Shown: positions 47,801-60,655 of the stretch, piece after piece
How the letters are laid out: every line of letters starts with the position of its first letter
How positions within the stretch are numbered: position 1 is the stretch's first letter
The notes under the pieces: model-generated
The model's database searches: none
What the model was told of the DNA's origin: nothing
Seen by the model: the letters and a program-made list of their open reading frames with translations, nothing else
Translations under genes and position numbers: made by a program
Source: Neoechinorhynchus agilis
Lineage: Eukaryota > Animalia > Acanthocephala
Assembly (NCBI GenBank): GCA_051530055.1
Contig: CM121341.1
Span: 19,074,784-19,138,783, forward strand
Direction of reading: 5' to 3'
DNA: 64,000 nucleotides

Positions 47801-49164
47801 ATATTCATTAAATCAAAAAGGAGCCCATTAGTGAATTGCGAGTGTCCTAAAAGAAGAATAAATATTTTGACGTTCAATCACCATAAAGCGCATCGATCAC
47901 CGATAGAGCGCCAATGTTCCAGAACAGAACTTTGGATTAATTTGGACGATTTCGACGTACTTTTCGGAGACGTTCATATTCATTAAATAAAAAGGAGCCA
48001 ATTATCGAATTGCGAGTGTCCTAAAAGAAGAATAAATACTTTGACGTTCAATCGTCATAAAGCGCATGGATCACCGATAGAGCGCCAATGTTCCAGAACA
48101 GAACTTTGGATTAATTTGGACGATTTCGACGTACTTTTCGGAGACGTTCATATTCATTAAATCAAAAAGGACATTAGTGAATTGCGAGTGTCCTAAAAGA
48201 AGAATAAATATTTTGACTTTCAATCACCATAAAGCGCATCGATCACCGATAGGGCGCCAATGTTCCAGAACAGAACTTTGGATTAATTTGGACGATTTCG
48301 ACGTACTTTTCGGAGACGTTCATATTCATTAAATCAAAAAGGAGCCCATTAGTGAATTGCGAGTGTCCTAAAAGCCGAAGAAACACTTTGACGTTCAATC
48401 GTCATAAACCGCATGGATCACCGATAGAGCGCCAATGTTCCAGAACAGAACTTTGGGTTAATTTGGACGATTTCGATGTACTTTTCGAAGACGTTCATAT
48501 TCATTAAATCAAAAAGGAGCCCATTATCGAATTGCGAGTGTCCTAAAAGAAGAATAAATATTTTGACGTTCAATCGTCATAAAGCGCATGGATCACCGAT
48601 AGAGCGCCAATGTTCCAGAACAGAACTTTGGGTTAATTTGGACGATTTCGACGTACTTTTCGGAGACGTTCATATTCATTAAATCAAAAAGGAGCCCATT
48701 AGTGAATTGCGAGTGTCCTAAAAGCCGAAGAAACACTTTGACGTTCAATCGTCATAAACCGCATGGATCACCGATAGAGCGCCAAAGTGCCAGAACAGAA
48801 CTTTGGGTTAATTTGGACGATTTCGATGTACTTTTCGAAGACGTTCATATTCATTAAATAAAAAAGGAGCCCATTAGTGAATTGCGAGTGTCCTAAAAGC
48901 CGAATAAATACTTTGACGTTCAATCGTCATAAAGCGCATGGATCACCGATAGAGCGCCAATGTTCCAGAACAGAACTTTGGATTAATTTGGACGATTTCG
49001 ACGTACTTTTCGGAGACGTTCATATTCATTAAATCAAAAAGGAGCCCATTAGTGAATTACGAGTGTCCTAAAAGAAGAATAAATATTTTGACTTTCAATC
49101 GTCATAAGACGCATCGATCACCGATAGAGCGCCAATGTTCCAGAACAGAATTTCGGATTAATTT
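44811..49164. repeat. 175-bp satellite, about 25 tandem copies, with two partly alternating variants
   Basis: ATGTACTTTTCG(A/G)AGACG recurs at 175-bp spacing (e.g. 46036, 46211). Variant blocks are AAAGCCGAAGAAACACTTTG and AAAGAAGAATAAATATTTTG. Confidence 0.99.
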
Positions 49165-51945
49165 AAAATCATGATGATTTCGTATCCTTTTTCTGTGACG
49201 TGGACATTAAATACGGGTTGGTCCACGGTAGAAGTTCGAAAATGGACTTTAAATACGTCACTAAATGGTTTTATTTTGTTCTAGACGAAATAAGGAAAAT
49301 AATTTTATTAATATTTCAACCTCTATATGTGATCGTCTTGACCGAAAATTCTATGGATAACATTTTGATTTTTTATCCAGATTTAAAATCCGATAAAAAA
49401 TGTTGGTTTCATTTCGTTTTGAACATTAGAATTGGCTTTGTGAGATCCTGCGAATTTCAAATAAAGGTTGAATTAAATCGTGTTGAGATATTAACTTGTC
49501 AGACAGCCTAGTGGACACCAGCTTAGCAAACCATTTATGCGTGGTTGTTGCTTTTGATGTTTTCAGACGTCTGAGTAGATCCAATATATACATCTAAGGT
49601 AAATGCAGTCTTTAAGGAAACAAGATTGTTCAGCATTGACGCCAGTATCAAGGAGATCGATTGTAATTATTGCCACAAAAATCGTCCGTCTTTAGTATGT
49701 GATTTGGCTCTGATCAAAAGCGTCAAATGAAATTGATACCAACACGAAACTGATTTTTGGCACACTAAATCCTTTTCTAAATACGGCAAATCTAACTATA
49801 GGCAGTCGTGGTTGAGAAGTGACTTGATCTAGATTTCCTAGAAACAACTACCTATTAAAAAAATAATCTCTCTTAAACACATTAAATGCTTCTTATTTTC
49901 TCAAAATGTCAACATCGAATGTGGTTCGGGTGCTTCCGAATACCTACTCTCCTTACCCTCTACAATTTACGTTCCGAATGATCGAAGTTAAAAGGGTTCG
50001 TTACAGTAGTCTTAAGAAAACGACGAGAAAAACTAAAAGGAGCGATTAAGGAAAAGTGTCATTAGCATACATAGATCATAAGGAGTAGCGAGAAACGACC
50101 CGCGGATGGATATGTCTTTCTAATCTCGAATACAATCCCATTGGTCTCAAGTTGTTATGAAACCCTTAAGGCAAGCACGTTCGCAGCCTCAAAATGTGCC
50201 ATTTTTTAGCTACTCAAATGTGTGTGTTTAGTCGAATTCTTAGTAGATTACGACTAATTCCATTTGTTGGAAACCACATTTTTGTATGACTGACTAATTT
50301 TAATCTATTTGAAACGAGTTTTTCTCAATGAACTAAGCTCAAAAGCGAGCGTTGCATAAAACCCACTTAAAATTGCGCCCAAGTTAAGGTGTACCTTTCG
50401 TTAAAGAAAGCGGTTCTTATTTTAAAAAAGCGTGCTCATCGATATTGAGTTCATTAAACATTTCAGGCTAGAATTCTTTTAAAAGAGATAGTTCTAGTCT
50501 ATTTAGTGTTTAACAAAAAATTTCAACCACGATGATTGTTTAAACCAGTTTTATATGGACTTTTAAACACAAAACAACTTACGATGCTCTCTGGACAATC
50601 TATTCGAATAGCTATGCTCAATGCGTGCACTAACATTCTTTTGTTCTTGAGAGCACTCCCTTTACACAAACCTTCTTTTGTTACTGAATGTAAGGAATAC
50701 CAACGGCATCTTCAGACTCTACTGAGGTCGTGGCTCCGAAGACCGGGGTAGTCTTTGTAAAGAACACACAATGACGTCCATTTCACACATCTTTTTTGTC
50801 TTCTTGTTCTACACTCGACAGTACGTGTCAGCGCCCGGACGATGGACTTAAATACAAATGAAGAAGATTTTAGTTTTTGTTAGGTAACTGTGACCCTAAA
50901 TGTGGCAACATTTGAATCTAACAGTACTGCCGATACCTTAAGCAATCTTATTCTATAATGCCTCAGTTCGAAGACGATACCTTTCGGATAATCTGGAATT
51001 GCCGTCCTCGGTTTAATAAAGTATCAATTTTCGCGTACAAATCATCCAAAAGTAATAATACGCTTATTTGTTAATCCAAAAAGAATAGGACCAATGCCCT
51101 CGTTTGAGTCCTTATAATCACTCGATTTCTGATTTGTTCATTGAATGTGGCTATTCATTGAGGAATCGGTCGGATGTGGGGAAGTGGATGATTATTCGTG
51201 TCGAGGAGAGTTTGTGAGGTTGGGCCGATTAACGGACAAGCTCTGCCTTCGACAAGTTGTTCTGTATGACGTTCAAACCTTCTTTTTGTTCAAGCTTGAT
51301 GATATAGGGTCCAAAATCTATCAGGAATGTCATTGTTCTTTTTATATGATCTTGCCATTACATGTACGGCAGTTAAGATGCATTGTTGGATACTAGGTTT
51401 AAGCGAAGTTGATCAACGAGTCAGGATGTTCGCTTTTATGGTGTGCTTTTTAGAAATCAATTTCTATATTTAGCTACGATTGTTGCATATATGAACATCA
51501 TTAACCACCGTTTAATTACCCCCTTTAAATGCTGATCTCAAACTCTGCGAAAAACGAAATTCCGAGGAAAAGTTTAAAGGCCTATTGCTTTTATCTACTT
51601 AGGATATTATTTCTGCCCAGGAAAAGAAAACGATTTATTGATTTGGAAAGTAAAAGAGTGTGCGGAGGTGGTGTCAATAACGCATCCTTTGTATAACAAT
51701 GAGTAATCTTTTATTCACCATTTAGTATTGCTGACATTTTAAAAAGCGTTTCTCAGTAAATAACTGAGAGATGATGTTTCACGGAATTTATATGGAGAAA
51801 AAATGATTCTCAAGATTAGATATATCAGTGAAAATTTCATCAGTGACGTTCGAAAGCTGCTGCTACGATCGAAAATGGATGTCTGGATTGCCCACAGAAG
51901 CGCACCTACATTTAGGCGAATCCTGACGAGAAATGGACATCTCGA

Positions 51946-52360
51946 AACGCTGGAAATATGTACAGCATCGTCCTTGATGTGTGTGTACGTACCGAGAAAG
52001 TCAATGGACACAAATCGCCAACAATATTCAATTTGAACTGGAAGCGACGTGGTTTATGAAATAATCTGGGTCTTTTCGTCAAGGTTTTACGGGGCCACGC
52101 CATGTTCAAAGCACGACTGAGAGTGCCACAGCTTAAGTTTGTGTTCAAAGACCAGGTAGAAATATCTTTATCCTCGGTACCACTTATGCCCGGACGGTTG
52201 GAAGGGGAAGGAATGGCGTTTTCGCAGACAATGCGGCGGCGAGTTCTAGACATCAGCTCGATAAAACTTTAGAACTGCTCAACAAGCGGGACGAACTTTC
52301 TTATTCGATGTCGCTACTTTAACACACTTCACATCTCCACGCGCCGTCGTAGATTGCTGA
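51946..52360 (+). mobile_element. Second copy of the 415-bp Penelope-like remnant at 37573-37987
   Basis: Direct sequence match, diverged only in the first third. Confidence 0.8.
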
Positions 52361-52522
52361 TCATTGCAACAGATTGCCCAGGTGTCAATTAAAAAATTGA
52401 CCAATCATGCGGCTGCAAAATTAAATAGTATTTCGCAAGATTATGAACATACGGTTTCAATATCTTTCAAATTTGCTTCAATTTGGAACTAATTTAATAT
52501 ATTTCCTAAAAAGCAATATTTA

Positions 52523-53308
52523 TTAAAAGGGAAACTTTCTTTTAAATTTTCCAAGTCTCGACATTAATATTTGCCTTAACGAGCGACCCTTCATCTCCAC
52601 ATCATCGCGTTCTTTGCACTCAAAATTGTAAGTCGTACAACGCGGTGGCGATTCATGAAGTTTGTATTGATGATAAACATTTTCCGATATCGTTTTTGAG
52701 GTCCTTCTTATTTTTGCAGCATCATTCTTTATTTTTACAGCTCTCCAATTGGTCCGGGCAACTCCATCAACTGAGTGACCCTTTTTCACTTCCAATTGAT
52801 TTGTTTGCACTGATGAAGACTTGGAAGAGCTGTCATTTGATTCTAAATGTGTAGTCTTTGGTGCAGTCGACACTCTGCTGCCACCGTAATCGGAGACTGA
52901 CTTCTTGATCTTTCGCTTCCAATTTGGTGCAGATGAAGGAACTGCAGTTGATCGATTGAGCCTAAATGCTTGACTTCTCCTATCGATAAAGCGTTTCTGA
53001 GAACCCATAATAAGGCAGTCCAATTCAGTGAGGTCCGAAGAACTATTAGCAAAGTTTCTAGACTGTCGAAGCTCAGTAATGGCGTTGTGATGTTCGGCAG
53101 AGATGAGAATTGGATTTACAAACTTGCCATCGTGGTCACTGTCCAACATATCCAAATACTTCATTGTGATTGCAAGTTCCGCATGGATAAAGTTTTCTTC
53201 GGATATCCCGTTATCTACTGTGTCGCACATTCTGCAATTTGATGGGGGGGCAAAAAGATTTTGTTGATCGCTGTGAGAAAAGATGTTTCGGTGGGCCCAT
53301 GTATTCAA
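52523..53308 (-). CDS. Orphan protein, paralog B
   Basis: 261-aa ORF with core AELAITMKYLDMLDSDHDGKFVNPILISAEHHNAITELRQSRNF identical to paralog A. Ends KFKRKFPF versus NIKRRFPFQ. Confidence 0.55.
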   Translation of the reverse strand: MNTWAHRNIFSHSDQQNLFAPPSNCRMCDTVDNGISEENFIHAELAITMKYLDMLDSDHDGKFVNPILISAEHHNAITELRQSRNFANSSSDLTELDCLIMGSQKRFIDRRSQAFRLNRSTAVPSSAPNWKRKIKKSVSDYGGSRVSTAPKTTHLESNDSSSKSSSVQTNQLEVKKGHSVDGVARTNWRAVKIKNDAAKIRRTSKTISENVYHQYKLHESPPRCTTYNFECKERDDVEMKGRSLRQILMSRLGKFKRKFPF

Positions 53309-55445
53309 ACTTTTTTGAGTGCATCAACTAGATTATTTTTGTGCAACTAAGTAAGTTTTCGCATGTGATTATATCAACCGCAGTTCTGATTTTTTGTACT
53401 AAGAGATTGCTTATTAAGAAAAGCAATTCTAACGTCCACGGTTTGAAACTGTTTTTCGATTAGCGTGGCTCATTAAAATTCTAGCAATCAAAACTGTTAC
53501 CTATGCTATTTTGCAATCCGCATTTGAAACGAATATTTCGCCTTGGTTTAGATTCCCCGTAGCAACCTGGAAGTTGATCTTAGAGCAACCCGCGTAAAAA
53601 ATATCTAGATTATTTTCGAATGCAATAACAAAAAGCTGATGAAGACAATTTTCGCCTGAATGTCACATGGTGTAGGTCGAGGACGTTTTATCATGAAGAC
53701 GTGAGAAGATCCATGCTTCGTAACTTCTGATCATATTTCCAATGATTTCCAGACCTTAAACGTCCTTCTGTAAGTTCCTTCATCATTTGGATCAAGAGAA
53801 AATCGAGACCCCTTTAATTAGCTTCTCATTAAGACAAACTTCAAAACTAGGCGCTGCTCCAAATTCGATAAGCCCCAGACTAATGACATGATAAGATCTC
53901 GGGAGTTTTCTAGCCGCCCATCCCAGGTGCACATAGTGCTCCTACTTGAATGTAGCCCGCAATCTGAACAGTCGTCACGCATTGGATTTTAGACGACATT
54001 AAAATTATCTATTTACGATTAGGTGGTGTGTAATTGTGGCGTTGACTTTACTCCTCAATCCTTTAGCGACTAGTTGAACCAAGAGTGTTGGCTAGCCCAT
54101 GAACGTCCTATTGCTCAAAAATACCTGAATCACGCCGTGTTTTTTGTAACGCGGCTACGATTATAAGCATTTTTGTTCTTGAGCCAGGCCATTCAAATAA
54201 AAGCAACAGCAACTCCATTAATGTTTATCAGGAACATCATCAAAAAGCTTAAGGCTGCAGCAGCATCTGCATGAGTTGGCTCCAGATTACTTTGGTGCTA
54301 ATGGTGCAGCACAAGTGATCTTCTAATGGCATCATCAAAATGCACTGACAAATTAAAGAACTTTAAAGGCTTTGTCTGTTTACATAAAACGAAAATCTTT
54401 TCGAATTTCAAGAAACCATTAAAACTCATGATTCCTTGTTGAAAAAGCGCTGTCGTAAAATCAAAGTATTGTATTTGATTTCTGTTGCAAGAAAACGTTC
54501 TGATTAGTTTTTGGGCGAGACTGTTCCGCGGTGCAGTTTCATTAACACTCGTTAAATCAACCGACTGATGTCTCTCGTCTATGCTTCCTCAATTGAATTA
54601 ACTTGCTCTTGTTTTTAACGCCGGAACTTCAACAAGATCATGCATAGAAAATCAATTTGCGAACGCTATGTAAATCCTCTCGACGTTTTGAAATCATATA
54701 GCTATTACAGCTTAATCACAATCAATAAAACGGTAATTTAACGAGCCGTAAAACAAGATTCATTTGCTCGATCACTCAGACAATGGCGTGTGCATGTCTT
54801 TTTTGAAATATTCTCACGTTATGAAAGAGATCGATTCATTGAAGTTATCGATTTGTTATGATCATAATCGTGGATATAACATATTTTGTTGAATGATTTT
54901 CTATTGATCATTGAGGTCATCATCGTTTTCATATGGATTGCGTGACCTTTAAAAGTCAAAATGGCGGGTATAGTTGCCATTTTGGATCTTTTTGAAGTGG
55001 TCACAAAATATTAACAATTTACCGCATTTAGAAGGTGATTCTATATTGTTGATTTTTAATGTTTAATGATATAGCTCAGCAATAAACAAAAACTAACAAT
55101 TTTATGTCAGTCACGAATTCAAGTCGCGTTTGTTCCGTTTTGCACTGTGGTGCAAATAAGCCAAAGGGTGACCTTTTTAAGCCTAAAGTTTATTCTGCTT
55201 TGATGCCAAACTAAATGGCTTTTGAATTGACAGAGTTTGTGTATTTTGTGATTGTCGAATACTTATGAACACACAAGATGACTTCAACATTCGCCATAGA
55301 CTGATGTGTTTATTATTGTTGTTATTATTTGACATTTACAACATTTAATCGCTCTGTGTGAGTTCATGATTATTTTTTTTGTGCTTGTGCAGGATGTGTT
55401 CGATTGAAAGGAAAATTGGGGAAAGACAACACAGTAAACCCGAGA

Positions 55446-58406
55446 TCAGTTTCCTTGGTTTCCATTAATGGACTGGCAAGGGGGTCGGCCAGCTTGAACA
55501 GGTATGACAATCTGAGCAGCATTCGGTCTGCGGGTCATTGTTCTCATACGAACGGCATCCTTGATTCGATTGACCTCAAACTGATACCTTTTGCGATCTC
55601 TCATCGCAGTCTCTTTTGCCTCCTTTAATGCAGCTTCCAATGCCTTTAGACGATTCCAAGTTTCTTTAAACTTAGTCTCTAACTTGGGAACTTCACACAT
55701 GAGATCAGCATTCTCGCGAACCAACTGCTTGTGTACTGCAGTTAACATCTCGAGATTATTCTCTAAATATTCAATTTTCTGCTTTTGAACGAGCGAACTA
55801 ACACTCTTTTCTTGCTCTTCCGGTGGCAATTGAGTAGCATCCGATAATATTGAATTAGTCATCGAGTCCGCTACATTGCGAGTTCGGAGACGAGATTGAA
55901 GATCCTCAACAAACTGTTGCCTTAAAACGTGAAGATTTCGAAGCTCCGTTCTAATGGTTTCTTCTACAGTTGAAACTCAAAAACTCACCGAAATAAGCTA
56001 TACCAGACCTAAATCGTGGGATTTGCGTATGGTCTAAAAATTCAAAGGATAAAATAATTTTGGTAAACATTAAGGGCATTCTTAGGCGAAAAAACACACT
56101 CTTAAAAGCAACTTCCCACATTTGGTCTAATATTGTTAATAAATATCTCGGTTTAAGACGCAATTGATTTCCCTTATTGGTAAATCAAAAAACAAGAATA
56201 ATACGAAGCTTAGATATTTCAATAGTAGTACAAAAGAGCAAAAGAGCTTCAACACTAATCCCCTAAGACCCTGCTTAGCTTGCTCTTGACTCTCGTGCTG
56301 TTTGATGTATTCATCCAACTGTGTTGATTTTTGTTCACAGACCTTCTTCATTTGTTCAAGTTCAGCGTTCAGCGTATCTTGCTTCAGTCTTGTTTCGCAT
56401 AACTGTTGTCGCGTATCGTCAAGTAGTCTTGTTCTCTCGCCCAAATCTCGTTTAACCTTCTCGAGATGATGTTCGTGCTGTGAATTAACATCTTTTTGGT
56501 TTACGTCCTTCCTAAGTTCAGTTAACTCATTGCTCAATGATTCATTTTGACTCTCTAGACGTATTTTCAGAGACTCTAGTTCAGTGCGTCCTCGCTCAAG
56601 CAGCAGAATTCTCGCTTGTTGCTCTTCACTTAACACCGAAAGGTCGTCGAATTTCCTTCTTATCACCTCATATTCTCGTTCAACATCATTTAGCTTCTTA
56701 ATTCGATGTTCATACGCATCGACGGCTTGTCTTCTTTCATCGAGTCTTTTTGTTAGATCCCCAATCCGTGCTTCATATTTGGTGGATAATTCTTCAAGGG
56801 CTCTTAACGCAGTCTGGACTTCATCTCGAGTCTTTTCATAACGTTGAACATAGAAACTTCTTTCGACTCTTAGGTCATCCAGCTCAACCTCCATTCTTCG
56901 CATTTCGGTTTCCTTTTCATTCAGGTCCCTTAACAGTCCATTATTCTTCGCTTCCAACATATTAACCTCTTCGTCTTTATCGTCCAGCTGCTGATAGAGG
57001 GCAGTTCGTTCTCGTTCCATTTGAAGTCGTTCATCATCCGTCATTCCATGACTCGACGATCTTCCTCCTTTCATATCATCTTCACTTTCATCAAACAAAG
57101 TATGAGATTCAAGGAGTGACCGTTGCAGCAACTGCTTCAAAGCATCATCATTGATGCTGGCACCAGATCGCCATTTTTGAAGTTCACTCTCAGCCAAAGC
57201 AAACATATTTCTCAGCTTAAGAACTTTCTGTCTCTCTTTATCGAATCTCATCTTCCATTCATCAGCTGTGAGTTCTTCATTGACTGCAACGGTGTTCTTA
57301 ATGGTCTTTGCTCGCTGTCCAAAGTACAGCGTGGATTTGGTTTCGCATTCGTTGTAGCTTGAAGGAGAGCAACAAATAATGATCGTCGTACGGGCATTTC
57401 CTCCTAGTGATTCCTGTAAAATCCGAGTAAGCTTTGAGTCCCTGTAAGGAACATGAGTCTTTGTTCCATCAGCCAGTGCTGCAATTACATTTCCGAGTGC
57501 TGAAAGACTTCGATTAATATTTCTGGCTTCATCAAGAACAGTTCCCTCAGCGCCGGTCTTACTTACCTTCTCACTCCCGGCCAAATCAACCAAATAAAGT
57601 TTCCCCGTTAGTTTCTTATTAGTTTCAGTGTTCTCTTGTTTTACATCTATCAAGAACACACAATGAGATCTAGAACTGTGTTCGTTCATGTTAGTAACAG
57701 CAATGTGCCGATTTGCTTTTCCTTCTTCCATTACCAGCATAACTTCCTCCGGTGTCGATACAAATCTTTCAGTACAATTCTTAACGTAAGGAACGCGATT
57801 TTTGTCCTCATGAACAGCCAAATTCACTTTGGTTGGATCCAACAAGTCCCTAATCTTATCCATATAAATCTCAAAATAAGATATCTTTATGTGAAACTGA
57901 AGGGCTGAGTCCATTGAGTAGATGTGATTGAATATGTCCGATATTATCCGAGGCACAATTCCTTGGTTAATGTCACCGTCCAAGCTGCCTTCCATCGTAT
58001 GCGTTTTTCCGCTCGAGGTTTGGCCATAAGCAAATATTGTCCCATTGTATCCACTAAGGACATCGTCCACAATCTGCTGAGCGACGTCCGTATAAACCGT
58101 TTGTTGGTCAGTATTTGGAGCGAAAACTCTGTCGTACACGTAAACCTTTCCATTGATAAACACAGTGTCACTTGTATTCGCTGGAAACTTGGCTATGAAC
58201 GATGAACCCGCTTGGATTTCGGACTCGTTTAATGGGCGGAAACGGCATACAACTCGGATGTTACATTCAGATCCAGGAGGCGCTGGTGGGTTCGCGGATC
58301 GATAAGACGACAAGGAAGTCATGGACTCGCTGGACGAACAAGCAGCTGCCGCTGTAGAGGAAGGCGGCAATCCGTCCTCTTGGTGGTGATGAAGGTCAAG
58401 AGGCAT
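55446..58406 (-). CDS. KIF5: Kinesin-1 heavy chain
   Basis: [11 protein letters not shown]-loop [44 protein letters not shown], a coiled-coil stalk, and tail [37 protein letters not shown]. Intron(s) at about 55970-56255. Confidence 0.98.
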
Positions 58407-58809
58407 TTTCTAAAAATTACAGACAATTCAAATCTTTTTTTGTTCTTATCGTCAAATCAATCAACAACAAAAGAGTCAACAAACACTAAAAAACTTAATT
58501 TAAAAATAGGATAATGTGTTTTTAAAAATAAGATTACGACAAAACTCAATCGAGACGAATACTCCACAAAAGTGCATCCAAAGCTCCTGTGCGTTTCAAA
58601 ATCAAACGTTCTTTTAAAAACACGTTTTTCATTCTTCCGAGTTTGCCACCCGATTACACAAATTCTTATTATCTAACAAAAATATTGGTTGTGGTTCGCG
58701 CTTCGTTCATAGCTCATTTAAATTGATTAATAAGGTCATGGACTCAGTTTCTTGTAAGGATGAGCCATAAACGAATGTGAGAGCGGAATAACCATTTCAC
58801 CACTTTTAT

Positions 58810-59860
58810 TTTAGAAGTGATAATGATGAACCCGACGAAGTTCGCAGAACGCATTTAATAAACTCTTTACCGGGTGAAGACTTCTAAACAATAAGTCTAT
58901 TAGGTTGGGGATTGCATTCGGGTGGTGGGATTGTCGACACCCGAGGGAGATCGTTGAAGCCGAAAGCATATATTTCGACTGATTGTATCAGTCATTTTAT
59001 CAATTCAATCTAAAATTACAGAGGGATTCGTCACAACACATACCGGATGATTGTTCATTTTGACTTGGGACCCGGGATCGTCAACCCCGCAGGCGAAGAC
59101 CAGTCTCCCTGAGTGTATTTGTGTTTACGCCAACAAAAATTATAGATTCAATCAGTCGAAATATATTCGTCTTCAACGATCTCCCTCGGGTGTCGACAAG
59201 CGACCTAAACAATATGTGTATTGCTGGTTTTTTGAACAAACACTTAATAATAGTTTCACTTTTTATTCGATGACTTTGACAAAAAATAACAATTTCTAAT
59301 GTGCTTTTATATGACACAGGAAAAATTGAATTTATCAGGTCCGATATTTCGGCGAAAAATCTTGTACACACGCTTTTTTTCGGTGCCAAAACTTCCTGTA
59401 AATTTTATTAAAAGGGTTTTGTTGGAAATTCGGGCGAAATTGCTTAGCAGAAAAGTGATGCAAGACATTCCCGATAATGATCCTGGCGCTTCATGCAATG
59501 TAAAAGTGCATGGATTCCAGACAAATTTGGGTTTTTGTGATATTTTTTAAGTTTTCGTGCTGAAACTAATCCACACAAACGCTTCTGTTTTAAATGGGTG
59601 AGCTATTTTTCTATATAGTTTTAGGGGTTAAGACTGGGTGTTCTTTCAAGAAGCCTATTGATTTGTGTCGATATTTGATCGCGTACCTCGATATATTATG
59701 ATTAGAAATGTGTGTTATTTAGAAGTCTTCAGCCTATAAAGAACGTTTTTATTAAAGACGAACCCCATCGGGTTCATCATCAGTTTGTTAGAACCCTACG
59801 AAGTTCGCAGAATGTATTTAAAAAATTCTTTATGGGGTGAAGACTTCTAAATAACACTTC
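58810..59860. mobile_element. Cluster of Penelope-like terminal remnants and the 340-bp repeat copy
   Basis: TGATGAACCCGACGAAGTTC at about 58825, inverted CTGATGATGAACCCGATGGGGTTC at 59761-59784, and a perfect 20-bp inverted repeat GTGTTATTTAGAAGTCTTCA/TGAAGACTTCTAAATAACAC. Confidence 0.6.
58931..59199. repeat. Inverted repeat with about 50-bp arms (MITE-like)
   Basis: TTGTCGACACCCGAGGGAGATCGTTGAAG..ATATATTTCGACTGATT (58931-58984) pairs with 59150-59199. Confidence 0.85.
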
Positions 59861-60655
59861 CTATTGAATTGATATTAATGGCATTCAGCGGAATGCGTAG
59901 AAAAAGAAGCGTGCTAATGGGTGTGTTTGACAGTTAAGTTTCGAAATCCGCTGTTCTTCAAACTCGGTCTGAGTTTAATCCTCGCGATTCTTAAGTAGGT
60001 CTTGAACAACCCGGTGTTTGGGAAAATATCAAGCGTCACAAAGTACTAAAATGAAGGTTTTAAGCCGCTCAATCAGAAATCGAGTTTTGTGAAAGGAGCC
60101 GGAGGTTTGGCTAATGAGGACAATAATGGCGATATGCTGCCAACAAACCTGACGATGTACCGCGATGAAAAGATATGCATGGTGGTTTTGTGGTTGATCT
60201 GCGCTAGATTCCAGGAGAAGTCCCACACATATAAAAATGTTCTGTCATAAAGGCGTGCAGAAGACTTGGGAATTTGCAACAAACGCGGTTGAGAAGGAGG
60301 GTGAAATGAGATATGGGGTTGCGGGAGAGAGAAAATGCTTCTATGAGGAGCCTAATAGCGACAAATTCGGTTTGGATTTTACACGTACCGCGTAGTAAAA
60401 GAACACTGTGTGAATTTCTTTAAGAATGCCAAGATATATTCTCGTTGTGTGTCTGGAATTTGAGCGAGTGAACGTTTATTAAATAGATAAATGGACCACC
60501 CGAATGCAAAATATTTTTCTTCAATCAGCGCAGAAACACAACGTTCAAGATGATGCCGATTATCCAAGTTTTAAAGACTTTAGACTGCACCAAAGCTAAA
60601 AACTAAATTTCGATTCCAAAGCATAAACAACAGTCGCGATGACGGGGAGAACAAG

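Noticed and set aside
45161-48682. Repeated 68-aa ORFs (MYFSKTFIF...) in the satellite
   Set aside because: 175 is not a multiple of 3, so these are by-products of the repeat.
44811-49164. Reading the 175-bp unit (minus strand) as a SNORD58-like C/D snoRNA: ATGACGA/ATGGTGA, TTTTAGGACACT antisense to LSU GGUGUCCUAAGG, and CCGA
   Set aside because: D' (GCAA) and C' are not box-like, D varies (CCGA/TCGA), the terminal stem is out of register, and the C-like box is buried in a hairpin. 9-nt rRNA matches are expected by chance. Worth a cmscan but not supportable now.
51505-51530. GTTTAATTACCC resembling nematode SL1
   Set aside because: Only 12 nt match, with no AG/GT donor or Sm site following.
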